Below, piece after piece: positions 1-10,315 of a stretch of 64,000 nt of DNA; position 1 is the stretch's first letter; each line of letters opens with the position of its first letter. A program made the translations under genes and the position numbers. This DNA comes from Eledone cirrhosa (Eukaryota), in assembly GCA_964016885.1 (NCBI GenBank), contig OZ024741.1, positions 202,740,001-202,804,000 on the forward strand, in the 5' to 3' direction. Under the pieces are notes generated by a model that had not been told where the DNA came from, ran no database searches, and was given only the letters and a program-made list of their open reading frames with translations.

Positions 1-547
1 TAAGCCCTTCATCAGGAGAAAAGTGGGCAGGGAAAGAGTTCCAAGGGTGTGAGAGGGAGTGGTGGAAAGACATTAAAAAGGGGGGGGGGATTTTTAGAGG
101 GTAAAAACATTAAAATGAAACAAGTGGCGTGTAGGGGTGGTGGCGGGTGGAGGGGGTAGGGCAAAGGGAGACGGGGGATCCAAGCGGGGAGGGCTGAAGG
201 TGGTGTGTGTGTGTATCTGTGTAGGTGTACGTGTGTGTGTATGTGTGTGGATGTGAATGTGAGAGTTGGGGGAAGAACGAGGTCCATGTTCGGGTAATAG
301 GGAAACGGGTGTGTACATAGGGTGGGGTGAAAGTCGGTGTGTGTGTGCGTGTGGATGGAGAGGGGTCAGATGGGGGTGGGGGAGAGGGGGCGTGTGGAGT
401 CCGGAGGCTGAGTATGTGTATGTGAAGATATGAACGTGTGTGTGGGTGTGTTTTTTTGTGTGGTGTGTGTGTATGGTTGCGTATTGCGAAAATAGTGTAA
501 GTGTTTGTGTGTATATATATATATATATGGGCGTGTGTGTATACATA

Positions 548-596
<49 letters not shown>

Positions 597-742
597 CTCG
601 TTTACATGAGACTGACCAGCCTATCTGCTGATATGCAAATCTGACTGATCAGTCAGTCTGCTAATAAGAAACTCAGGCCCATCACTCACTGTATATTTTA
701 GAAAATATCATATATTTTCACTAACTATGACAGTTGGCAGGT

Positions 743-805
743 AAACAGTATACTGTACTGATGAAGGGTAATCACCCAGAAACATTACTATCTGCAGTTC
801 TGTTT
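743..805 (+). ncRNA. Minimal type I hammerhead-like motif (mirror copy 8976-9038, minus)
   Basis: AAACAG..ACTGTA CTGATGA AGGGT-AATC-ACCCA GAAAC..ATC TGCAGT.CTGTTT; stem III poor. Confidence 0.55.
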
Positions 806-917
806 ATATGCCCACACAAGAGCAAGAATTACGGCGTTATTCTACTGACATGGCTTTAAAGAGCCAGTTTGCATAATTGCAAACGAATCGAATATTATTA
901 TTAATATTCGAAAAAGA

Positions 918-1125
918 GCTGTGATTGGCAGTATCGGTTAAGCGCCGGATAACATGCTTTGTAGCATAGATTTACGGCCCTTTACGTTCTGCGTTCAAAT
1001 CCCGCCGAGGTTAACTTTGCCTTTCATCCTTACAGGGTCGATAAAATAAAGCACCAGTAACACACTGGGAGTTGACTAAATCGACCCCCCCCCCCAAAAA
1101 AAAAAATTGCTGGCCTTGTGCCAGA
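918..1125 (+). mobile_element. tRNA-derived SINE (family A); other copies ~8641-8860(-), 16097-16230, 16294-16440, 19450-19568, 27648-27861(-), 40138-40310(-), 53915-54145(-), 55120-55230, 59443-59628
   Basis: A-box-like TGGCAGTATCGG, B-box GAGTTCAAATCCC, conserved AACTTTGCCTTTCATCCTTACGGGGTCGATAAAATAAAGTACCAG. Confidence 0.85.
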
Positions 1126-1196
1126 AACCATCGTTAATATTCGAAAAACTCAGATGACATTTATTGTATTCAGCTATGTAGATCGATAAACTATTT

Positions 1197-1262
<66 letters not shown>

Positions 1263-1278
1263 GTATATATATATATAG

Positions 1279-2033
1279 ATGGAAAAGAATGAAATGAAAT
1301 CTCATTTCTCACTCTTAGTACGGCTGATACTTAAATGTAAGTATGTATACGTACATACATATATGTATACAGACGTACATTAGTATGTATATATATATAC
1401 ACATACATGCACACACATATATATATGTACGTATGGGTTTACCGAAGATTTTTTATAATGTTCGGTTTGTTTGTAAACAAACAGCCCGTATTAAGCCGTA
1501 CAGCGTTTGGCAACCATCGTTGCCCTTTTGTTCAACACTGACAAAGGAACGATGAACTAGTTTCAAGCTTATTAGCTATCGTCAGCATCGTATACCTTCC
1601 TGTCAGATGATTGAGCGTTTGAAAGTATATACTTTCCTTATGCATATTAACGGCTGAGCAGCCTAATTTGCATATCGAGTGAGTTAGTCGGCCGGGCGTA
1701 CTGAAAACGATAAATGGAAAAGAATGAAATGAAATCTCATTTCTCACTCTTAGTACGGCTGATACTTAAATGTAAGTATGTATACGTACATACATATATG
1801 TATACAGACGTACAGTAGTATGTATATATATACATACATTCACACATATATATATACGTATGGGTTTACCGAACATTTATTATAATGTTCGGTCGGTTTG
1901 TAAACAAACAGCCCGAATTAAGCCGTACAGTTTTCACCAACCATCGTCGCCCTTTTGTTAAACACTGACAAAGGGACGATGAATTAGTTTCAAGCTTATT
2001 AGCTATCGTCAGCATCGTATACCTTCTTGTCAG
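1279..2033 (-). repeat. Tandem ~430-bp repeat, one hammerhead per unit (retrozyme/PLE pseudo-LTR type); family fragments at 2960-3060, 36655-36765, 52186-52400
   Basis: Units start ATGGAAAAGAATGAAATGAAATCTCATTTCTCACTC at ~1279 and ~1714. Confidence 0.8.
1549..1591 (-). ncRNA. Minimal type I hammerhead ribozyme (second copy 1976-2018)
   Basis: ACGATG CTGACGA tAGCT-AATA-AGCTt GAAA CTAG TT CATCGT; palindromic CTAG stem III typical of dimeric minimal hammerheads. Confidence 0.75.
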
Positions 2034-2236
2034 CCAGGTTTACTCGATATTTGTTATTAGCTCAACAAATTAACGGAGCCGAATATATCAAAGGTATAGA
2101 TTGAGTAAACCTGGCTGCTATTTTTAGTGGTGTGAGTTTGTGAAACACGCTAATTTCAGATACCATATGCGTTATTATATATACGTACACTATTCAGTTT
2201 TTTAATATACTTATAAGTGACCAGGATACTAATTCT

Positions 2237-2316
2237 TCACCCACTGATGAGCAAGAATCGGTATTCCTCTTCACAATTAATTTTGCGAAACAGCATAGCC
2301 AAAGCTGTCTGGGTGA
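2237..2316 (+). ncRNA. Canonical type I hammerhead ribozyme
   Basis: Stem I TCACCCA/TGGGTGA, core CTGATGA, stem II GCAAGA/TTTTGC, GAAA, stem III CAGC/GCTG, GUC cleavage triplet. Confidence 0.88.
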
Positions 2317-2709
2317 CTGGTAGTTACCACAATTCCGGTTTGTATTTACTTTCTTGATTTATTCTTAAATTGAGTCTGCCAAACCCTATTGTCCATAGTT
2401 AGTATTCTTTTCACCTTAGCGAATCTGGTTTGAACACATATATGTATATGTCTGTGTTTGTCTTTCTTTTATATTCTATTATAATATACGGCTCGGAAAA
2501 ATCTCTTTCCTAGAGGTATTTTATTGTGAGAGACTATTTTGAGTTTCTAACTCAATATATACCTTTGATATATATATATATATATATATACATATATACG
2601 ATCTCGCTGAAATTATATATATATATATATATATTGGTAAACGGAATAGAAAATGCTGACAAATTGTTCACAGTGAAAAATAGTTTAATTAGGAATAAGT
2701 GAGAATTAG

Positions 2710-2791
<82 letters not shown>

Positions 2792-3068
2792 AAATGAAGT
2801 AAATCCATCGGAAAGGTCCAGTAACTATATATATCATAACGCACCAGAATACTCAATACTTAGGGTAATAGATTGGGTAATAGGAAATTGTTCAAAACCC
2901 CGACGGCAGAGCTCAAGCCGTTACAACGGCTATTTCTAGTCTGTATACATATATGTACGTCTGTAGACATATATGTACGTCTGTATACATATATGTATGT
3001 ACGTATATATACTTACATTTAAGTATCAGCCGTACTAAGAGTGAGAAATGAGATTTCATTTAATTCTT

Positions 3069-3152
<84 letters not shown>

Positions 3153-3160
<8 letters not shown>

Positions 3161-3717
3161 ATATTTGGGGAGGGTCATATTTGCGTAATATTGCCAGAAT
3201 TAATAACAGAACACACTCACTGTTTGGTTGGTTTTCGCTTCTCGCTGTCTTTTATATATATATATCTGCGATCTAACTTACTCGGTCCTCAATGTTGCCA
3301 TTGACTGACCGGCGGTCAAAAATAATACAGATACAATATAGACAAACACATATATATATAGTTTACATAAATCTTTCGTTGCACATCTGCAACATCGTCA
3401 GTGGTGTTATATTCATTGTTCCTCCTGTTGTGTTGTATGTCTACGCCATTTTTTTTGTTCAGTCTGTCTATATATTTATTTATTTATTTGCTTGTTTGTT
3501 TATCTTATTTTATTTTGTCTTCTTTGCGCATGCGTTTGCGTGTGTGTATAGTGTTATGTGTGATGTGTGACTAGTGTGTATCGTGTTGTGTCTGCTGGGT
3601 GACTAGTGTGTGTTTATGTGCTTGTGTATGTATTTATTTATCTTATTTTATTTAATTTAATTTACTTATTTATTTATACTTCTCTTAGGTCAGTGTTGTT
3701 TGTTTGGGTGTTGTTGT
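3153..3717 (-). repeat. 3' pseudo-LTR of the PLE (565 bp)
   Basis: Identical by eye to 7283-7847; contains the ORF end, 3' UTR and first 9 codons (MTLPKYNNI). Confidence 0.95.
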
Positions 3718-5902
3718 TGTTCCACTCATTCTTTCTGTTTAGCTTTGGTTTTCTAATTTCTATTTCACTGGCCTCTCTGATTTGCCTATCTGCTGGGTCA
3801 TTCCTATGTTTAGATATTATTCTAATTTCTATGTTGTCTATGTTACCGTCATGATGTTGTCTAGCATGTTCGTATAGTACTGACCCGTTTTTTCGTCCTT
3901 TTAGTTCCCCCCAGTGTTGGTCTATCCTTTCACCTATGCTACGAGCTGTCTCACCTATGTATGTTGTTGTCGTGTTTCTGCAAGTACCCTCTGTACATCT
4001 TATGCTATAGACTACGTTTCTAGTTTTACAGTTTATCCGGGGGTTCACCTTACATATGATACATTTCCTATTGGTACAGTGGGTTTTCTTAAAAGGGTAG
4101 GTTTTGCTGATCAGGGATTTTATGGTGGTTCCTGGCTTTTCTACCACCTTTATTTTTAAGTGGGTCTTTCTCAGGGCCTTTCTACACTGGTTAGCTAATT
4201 TCCCTCCAGGGGTGGCGTCCACAAACATGACACTCTGATATCTCTGGTTGTCGTACCATGATGTGGCCTTCCCTATCTTATGTCTAGCCCTATCTAAGCT
4301 ATTCCATGATTTGCTCCTGTATAGTGGGCAAATTCCTTTCATGTCCAGTTCTGTGAGGGTCTTATACTTTTCCATGGCTCCTTCGTATACTCTGACTCTG
4401 TCTCTTTGGTTGTAGCCAGAGAACTGCATGCGGTTGATGAAGTGTTGGATGTGTCCTTCCATTTCTGTTGGGTCGCACATGCTGGACACATTCTTCATCA
4501 CTCGTACCAAATCTGCGATCAGAATATTAAACTTAGCACTACTGGACATTGCTGAGTTTTTGAGTATCAGGTATTTGGAGGCCATGGGTTTAGCATAGTG
4601 TGAGTGGAGAATTTGGGCTCTCTCGTCTATAGTGTTAATCCAGAGTTCTGTGTCTAATACAGGTAGTCTATTGTTAGGGTGTTTGGAAGGGAAGTCTATA
4701 GTTACAGTTATACTCTGGTGTATGGAATTAGCTATCTGCTGGATGCTTTCCATCGTGCTACGTTCTAAATCAAACTTGTTAGTGCTCTCTAGTGGGGGTG
4801 TTCTTATAACTATATTGATATCGTCTACATAACGAGAGTACATGATGAGGTCTATGGAGCTTTCATTAAGGAGATCTTTAAGTCTCCTTTCCCACCATAC
4901 CATGAAAAGGTTGGCAACATCGCCAGCTATGCTGACGCCGATGGCTGCTCCCTCATTTTGGGTGTAGATTTTCTCATTGAACTTAAATATGTGGCCCTTT
5001 AGGGTAGTTTTGATACTAGCCCCTATTGCATGTGCGACCATTTTTCTTACCTGATCAGTGTTTTGGGGGGTCCGTATAGCTTTGGTCCACCCAATCCACC
5101 TTCCTATGGGAGTCTTTTTAGCCATTGAGGTTATGGTGGGGGGTCTACCTCTTATAGGTCTACTAGGGCAGAAACATCTAAGGTCATGGCTGTCTAGGTA
5201 GTCAGTGTCGTAGGTAAGTCTAAGTAGGAGGCCTAGTTCGTCTGTGTCGACGTCGCAGAACTCCACCTCACTCTCAATGATCATCTCCACACATCTTTTC
5301 ACAGCAAAATCAATGTTAATGGATGGGTACAGTGACACCACATCCATGCTGCCTATTATGCAGTTGGATAGGCTCCTGTTTTTGTTGCACTCACTGATTC
5401 TGCTGAGGAGGTCCTCTGTACTTTCACATACATCTGGGGACATCTTGATTATGGGGCGTATAACCATTGAGAGGAAGTAGGAGATCCTGTAGTTGCTAGC
5501 TATATTAGCTCCGCATACAGGTCTTGTTGGTGGTCCTATTGTCGGGTCGTCGACTGTCTTGTGGTCTTTGCGGAGCCCATACAAGGGTGGTATGCCATTG
5601 TTAGACGCCTGGAAGTTGTTGGCAGTGCGTCTGCTTGGCTTTAGGATGTCAGTCCACATCATCATGTGAGCGTTGAGGATTTTTTCTCTCCCATCGTGTG
5701 TTAGTTGTGCAACTTCGCTCGTGTTGGTGATGTGGGGTTGCATTGCCTCGATGTAGTTCGGCATGCTATCTATTGACATCCTACCAGACTTATCTGTGGG
5801 TAGACACACTACCTCACCATCCCTTGTGCGCTGCTTGAGGCTAACCAAGCCTTCTACAGGTTTTATCCCAAGTTGTTGGGCCTCTGGTCTGCTCTGTCTC
5901 AT
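3674..5902 (-). CDS. PLE reverse transcriptase + Cys-rich linker + GIY-YIG endonuclease (742 aa; C-terminal part of a longer frame)
   Basis: RT motifs YGLRKDHK, PTRPV, SMDVVSLYPSI, QNEGAAIG, RYVDD, LPVLD; linker CTNRKCIIC; endonuclease VVYSIRC...YIGETARSIGERIDQH...HARQHH...E...N. Confidence 0.95.
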   Translation of the reverse strand: MRQSRPEAQQLGIKPVEGLVSLKQRTRDGEVVCLPTDKSGRMSIDSMPNYIEAMQPHITNTSEVAQLTHDGREKILNAHMMMWTDILKPSRRTANNFQASNNGIPPLYGLRKDHKTVDDPTIGPPTRPVCGANIASNYRISYFLSMVIRPIIKMSPDVCESTEDLLSRISECNKNRSLSNCIIGSMDVVSLYPSINIDFAVKRCVEMIIESEVEFCDVDTDELGLLLRLTYDTDYLDSHDLRCFCPSRPIRGRPPTITSMAKKTPIGRWIGWTKAIRTPQNTDQVRKMVAHAIGASIKTTLKGHIFKFNEKIYTQNEGAAIGVSIAGDVANLFMVWWERRLKDLLNESSIDLIMYSRYVDDINIVIRTPPLESTNKFDLERSTMESIQQIANSIHQSITVTIDFPSKHPNNRLPVLDTELWINTIDERAQILHSHYAKPMASKYLILKNSAMSSSAKFNILIADLVRVMKNVSSMCDPTEMEGHIQHFINRMQFSGYNQRDRVRVYEGAMEKYKTLTELDMKGICPLYRSKSWNSLDRARHKIGKATSWYDNQRYQSVMFVDATPGGKLANQCRKALRKTHLKIKVVEKPGTTIKSLISKTYPFKKTHCTNRKCIICKVNPRINCKTRNVVYSIRCTEGTCRNTTTTYIGETARSIGERIDQHWGELKGRKNGSVLYEHARQHHDGNIDNIEIRIISKHRNDPADRQIREASEIEIRKPKLNRKNEWNNNNTQTNNTDLREV

Positions 5903-5905
5903 AGT

Positions 5906-6832
5906 CTACCTGTCTACTACTTGTCTAATCTTATTTCTAGCTATGGTGAACTGTGCCTCCGTCTCGTCATCTATTTGTTGTGGTATGCAAACTCTTTTAT
6001 TAAAGGGTAACCTCGTAGGATAGATATTACCCATCTTATATGTTTTGTCAGCTGGGTTGAAAAATAGTTTCTCTAAGGGGTTGTCGTTATTTCTATCGTC
6101 ATAGTTGTGTGTGTTGCTATTATTGTTATCATGGTGGTTGTTGTTGTTTCTATCCTTAGCATTAATATTATTATTGTTATGATTGCTAGATGTATTGTTG
6201 TTTACTTCACCGTTATTGTTGTTGTTGTTACTGCTATTTCTACCATTGTGGTTGTTACTATTATTATGTTTCTTGTTTTTGTTGATGTTGCTACATGTAC
6301 TATTTCCATTATTACCACTGTGGTTATTGTTGTTGTTGTTGTTGTTCGTATTGTTACCGTTATTACTACTGTGGTCACTGTTGCTGTGTCTGTGGTTAAC
6401 GTTTCTATTATTATTATTATTGTGGTTGTTGTTGTTCTGTCTATCGCTAGTATTATTACCATTATCACTATTTCTCACTTTCCTGCCATTGTTATGGTTA
6501 TGGCTGTTATTTCTATACCCAGAGTTATTGTTTATATTACTACTACCGTTATTATTGTTGTTGTTGTTTACCTTTGCATTCCAACGTATTTTTGTGAAAC
6601 ACTTTTCCAGCTCCGTTTTGCATTCCATAGGATTAATCTTTTTGTAGATGGCAAATTTTGGTGGTAACTTTAGGATTTGTTGTTCTTGTTCACTGATTAA
6701 AGTGTTCCCATAGATATTTACTGTGTGGTCATTGGTAAATTCTTCCGGTAGTTTTACATCACTCATACGGATGTTGTCGATGTTATCTGGGTATTTTTGA
6801 GAATATTCGATTTTCCTTTCTTGTAGTTTTTT
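5906..6832 (-). CDS. PLE N-terminal region, part 2, with Asn-rich insert; in frame with the RT ORF across a single TAG
   Basis: ORF 5906-6766 stays open upstream to 6832 (KKLQERKIEYSQKYPDNIDNIRMSDVKLPEEF); PLE-like motif VNIYGNTLISEQEQQILKLPPKF; junction reads AGG TAG ACT ATG in the RT frame. Confidence 0.8.
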   Translation of the reverse strand, partial: KKLQERKIEYSQKYPDNIDNIRMSDVKLPEEFTNDHTVNIYGNTLISEQEQQILKLPPKFAIYKKINPMECKTELEKCFTKIRWNAKVNNNNNNNGSSNINNNSGYRNNSHNHNNGRKVRNSDNGNNTSDRQNNNNHNNNNNRNVNHRHSNSDHSSNNGNNTNNNNNNNNHSGNNGNSTCSNINKNKKHNNSNNHNGRNSSNNNNNNGEVNNNTSSNHNNNNINAKDRNNNNHHDNNNSNTHNYDDRNNDNPLEKLFFNPADKTYKMGNIYPTRLPFNKRVCIPQQIDDETEAQFTIARNKIRQVVDR

Positions 6833-7308
6833 TTATTCATCCATTCTAATTTCTTCTTGAAATGCCTACAGCATTCGTTTTGAGCATATTTCGTTTCGCG
6901 TCGGATGACGCTCATGAAGTCATCTCTCTCGTTTGCTGTGATGAGATTTCGGATTTCCTTACCGTTGATGCGTTTTTGTCTGTAGAGTGCGTTGACTTTT
7001 GTGTATGTTGTTCTTTTCATATTAACTGTTATTGTGTGTTTTAGCCGTTCAGCTTGTGTTTTGTTCAATAATAAATTATTTACTTGTTTTGATATGTTTG
7101 TTGTGTATGTTTTGGAGGAAACACAGTGTTTTAAGAAGCGGATTTGTTCTGTTGTTATTGTAGTTTTTATATAACAGAAAACAGTGTCTTTCAATAACCT
7201 TTCAGCTTGGCACAAGCTAATGCCATAGCGGCGATGAATTAGTTTTGCGAGGTTTTTTATATGAAATCGTGTGTCGAAACAGATATTGTTATATTTGGGG
7301 AGGGTCAT
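6763..7308 (-). CDS. PLE N-terminal region, part 1 (181 aa, basic); ATG lies inside the 5' pseudo-LTR
   Basis: [27 protein letters not shown] has a homologue at 52020 ([27 protein letters not shown]); IRFLKHC and HFKKKLEWM resemble PLE N-termini; overlaps the next frame in -1. Confidence 0.75.
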   Translation of the reverse strand: MTLPKYNNICFDTRFHIKNLAKLIHRRYGISLCQAERLLKDTVFCYIKTTITTEQIRFLKHCVSSKTYTTNISKQVNNLLLNKTQAERLKHTITVNMKRTTYTKVNALYRQKRINGKEIRNLITANERDDFMSVIRRETKYAQNECCRHFKKKLEWMNKKNYKKGKSNILKNTQITSTTSV

Positions 7309-7847
7309 ATTTGCGTAATATTGCCAGAATTAATAACAGAACACACTCACTGTTTGGTTGGTTTTCGCTTCTCGCTGTCTTTTATATATATATATCTGCG
7401 ATCTAACTTACTCGGTCCTCAATGTTGCCATTGACTGACCGGCGGTCAAAAATAATACAGATACAATATAGACAAACACATATATATATAGTTTACATAA
7501 ATCTTTCGTTGCACATCTGCAACATCGTCAGTGGTGTTATATTCATTGTTCCTCCTGTTGTGTTGTATGTCTACGCCATTTTTTTTGTTCAGTCTGTCTA
7601 TATATTTATTTATTTATTTGCTTGTTTGTTTATCTTATTTTATTTTGTCTTCTTTGCGCATGCGTTTGCGTGTGTGTATAGTGTTATGTGTGATGTGTGA
7701 CTAGTGTGTATCGTGTTGTGTCTGCTGGGTGACTAGTGTGTGTTTATGTGCTTGTGTATGTATTTATTTATCTTATTTTATTTAATTTAATTTACTTATT
7801 TATTTATACTTCTCTTAGGTCAGTGTTGTTTGTTTGGGTGTTGTTGT
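7283..7847 (-). repeat. 5' pseudo-LTR of the PLE (565 bp)
   Basis: Identical by eye to 3153-3717; begins with the last codons of the RT-EN ORF, as expected for a partial tandem. Confidence 0.95.
7377..7392 (-). promoter_or_regulatory. Candidate TATA box in the pseudo-LTR
   Basis: TATATAAAAG about 70 nt upstream of ATG 7308; a similar TATATAAA...AACCAACCAA precedes the homologous ATG at 52020. Confidence 0.35.
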
Positions 7848-7900
7848 ATATATATATATACGATATTAACAAATGGAAACTATATTTATAAAACCATATT

Positions 7901-7965
7901 TATTTCATTATACATATTTCAAGGATACCAAGTTAAATTATGGTATGCCTTCATCAGACAAAATA
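7901..7965 (-). ncRNA. Type I hammerhead ribozyme
   Basis: TATTTTGT CTGATGA AGGcATACCA-loop-TGGTATCCTt GAAA TATGTA TA ATGAAATA. Confidence 0.7.
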
Positions 7966-8576
7966 CAATATATATCAGTTTTATAAATAAGCATTGACGT
8001 ACCCTTTCAAAATGCGACCATTACTTTTGGAGGACATCAGGATAGTGGTTTGTTTATATTATTTTAGTAAGTCGTAGTGTTAAGGATAAGTACAAAAAAC
8101 GGAGAGAGAAAAGCGTGGAGAAAAGAATGGGAGAGATAAATAAATAAAGAAAAAGAGGAAAGAAAAAAGAAAAAAGAAAAAAGAAAAAATAAGAAAACAG
8201 AGGAAAGCAACAGAGAGATATCAAACCACCAGACAGAGAGAAAAAACTCAAGAGAGAGAAATAAGAGATAGAGAGAGGGGGAGAGAATGAAAACCTTAAG
8301 TCATGTCATATTAAGTTGAGTTAACAATTGAGATGAAATGAATAAATAAAATTAGAAATATTAATATTCATGAATGGAATATACGTATATAATATGAGAA
8401 ATTAATCATTGTTTAATTATGATTAGATATTTAGTTTAAAAATCGAGATCAATATACTAAAAATCAGAATTTAAACATCACAAAGTGTATATTGCTAGAT
8501 AAATTACCTATCGTACAGCACGTATATATAGCCAAAGAAACATAAATATATATATACACATACACTCATAAAATAC

Positions 8577-9184
8577 AGTTTATCGATCTACATAGCTGAA
8601 TACAATAAATGTCATCTGAGTTTTTCGAATATTAACGATGGTTTCTGATTTAGGAACAAGGCCAGCAATTCTTTTTTTTGGAGGGGGGGGGGAGAGTCGA
8701 TTTAGTCGACTCCCAGTGTGTTACTGGTGCTTTATTTTATCGACACCGTAAGGATGAAAGGCAAAGTTAACCTCGGCGCGATTTGAACGCAGAACATAAA
8801 GGGCCGTAACTCTCTGCTACAAAGCATGTTATCCGGCGCTTAACCGATACTGCCAATCACAGCTCTTTTTCGAATATTAATAATAATATTCGATTCGTTT
8901 GCAATTATGCAAACTGGCTCTTTAAAGCCTTGTCAGTAGAATAACGCCGTAATTCTTGCTCTTGTGTGGGCATATAAACAGAACTGCAGATAGTAATGTT
9001 TCTGGATGATTACCCTTCATCAGTACAGTATACTGTTTACCTGCCAACTGTCATAGTTAGTGAAAATATATGATATTTTCTAAAATATACAGTGAGTGAT
9101 GGGCCTGAGTTTCTTATTAGCAGACTGACTGATCAGTCAGATTTGCATATCAGCAGATAGGCTGGTCAGTCTCATGTAAACGAG

Positions 9185-9249
<65 letters not shown>

Positions 9250-9289
9250 TATATACATATATATACATATATATGTATACACACACGCC

Positions 9290-9327
<38 letters not shown>

Positions 9328-9825
9328 AACACTTACACTATTTTCGCAATACGCAACCATACACGCACACCACACAAAAAAACACACCCACACACACACG
9401 TTCATATCTTCACATACACATACTCAGCCTCCGGACTCCACACGCCCCCTCTCCCCCACCCCCATCTGACCCCTCTCCATCCACACGCACACACTCACCG
9501 ACTTTCACCCCACCCTATGTACACACCCGTTTCCCTATTACCCGAACATGGACCTCGTTCTTCCCCCAACTCTCACATTCACATCCACACACATCCACAC
9601 ACACACGTACACCTACACAGATACACACACTCCACCTTCAGCCCTCCCCGCTTGGATCCCCGTCTCCCTTTGCCCTACCCCCTCCACCCGCCACCACCCC
9701 TACACGCCACTTGTTTCATTTTAATTTTTTTACCCTCTACCCCCCCTTTTTAATGTCTTTCCACCACACCCTCTCACACCCTTGGAACTCTTTTCCTGCC
9801 CACTTTTCTCCTGATGAAGGGCTTA
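8577..9825. repeat. Right arm of ~1.2-kb inverted duplication
   Basis: Reverse complement of 1-1192; includes a SINE, a hammerhead repeat and (TA)n. Confidence 0.92.
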
Positions 9826-10183
9826 TGCCCGAAACGCCGTCCTCCACCCCCACTCTCAAGCGTGAAACTAATATTAACATTTGTACTGCTTCTTCGCTTC
9901 CACGTTGTTTTTTTATTTTTGTTTACTGTCTCAACTATAATATATATAATATATAATCAGTCATATGGAACTATTGTCATCTTGCCTGACGGTTTGAACA
10001 TTACAACACCACCTGCCTCTTTGAGGTCAAATACCAACCCTACTAGCATCTACAAACTGACCAATGAGAATTAAGACTATTCCTGCTGACAACATTAAAT
10101 TATTACTAAGAAGCTCATATGTCCCAAGGCTCTGATACCATCAACACTATAAACACAGAGCTGGCATATCTAAGAACTAACTA

Positions 10184-10239
10184 ACTGCCTGATGAGGTCA
10201 TAGCCATTCAATGGCTATCATCGAAATATATATAGCAGT
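10184..10239 (+). ncRNA. Minimal type I hammerhead ribozyme
   Basis: ACTGC CTGATGA GGTcATAGCCAT-TCA-ATGGCTATcATC GAAA TATATA TA GCAGT. Confidence 0.75.
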
Positions 10240-10280
10240 AAATAAAGGATTATGAGTTCATGCAATTGACTTATGTTTCG

Positions 10281-10315
<35 letters not shown>

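Larger units (their letters stand above)
1..1192. repeat. Left arm of ~1.2-kb inverted duplication (probably continues beyond the window start)
   Basis: Reverse complement of 8577-9825 with few differences. Confidence 0.92.
3153..7847 (-). mobile_element. Full-length Penelope-like retroelement (PLE) with C-terminal GIY-YIG endonuclease and direct pseudo-LTRs, inserted in (TA)n
   Basis: Direct repeats 3153-3717 and 7283-7847 (offset 4130; identical 92-aa spurious ORFs at 3292 and 7422) flank RT+GIY-YIG coding sequence; (TA)n on both sides. Confidence 0.95.

Noticed and set aside
3360-3410. Functional hammerhead in the PLE pseudo-LTR (also 7490-7540)
   Set aside because: CTGACGA, stem II GTTGCA/TGCAAC and GAAA are present, but I could find only ~2 bp of stem I; counted as partial
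5906-5908. Selenocysteine recoding as in Naiad PLEs
   Set aside because: The stop is TAG, not TGA, and the endonuclease is C-terminal, whereas Naiads have it N-terminal
6107-6667. Hydrophobic plus-strand ORFs (186 and 154 aa) resembling membrane proteins
   Set aside because: Antisense shadows of the (AAC/AAT)n Asn tract
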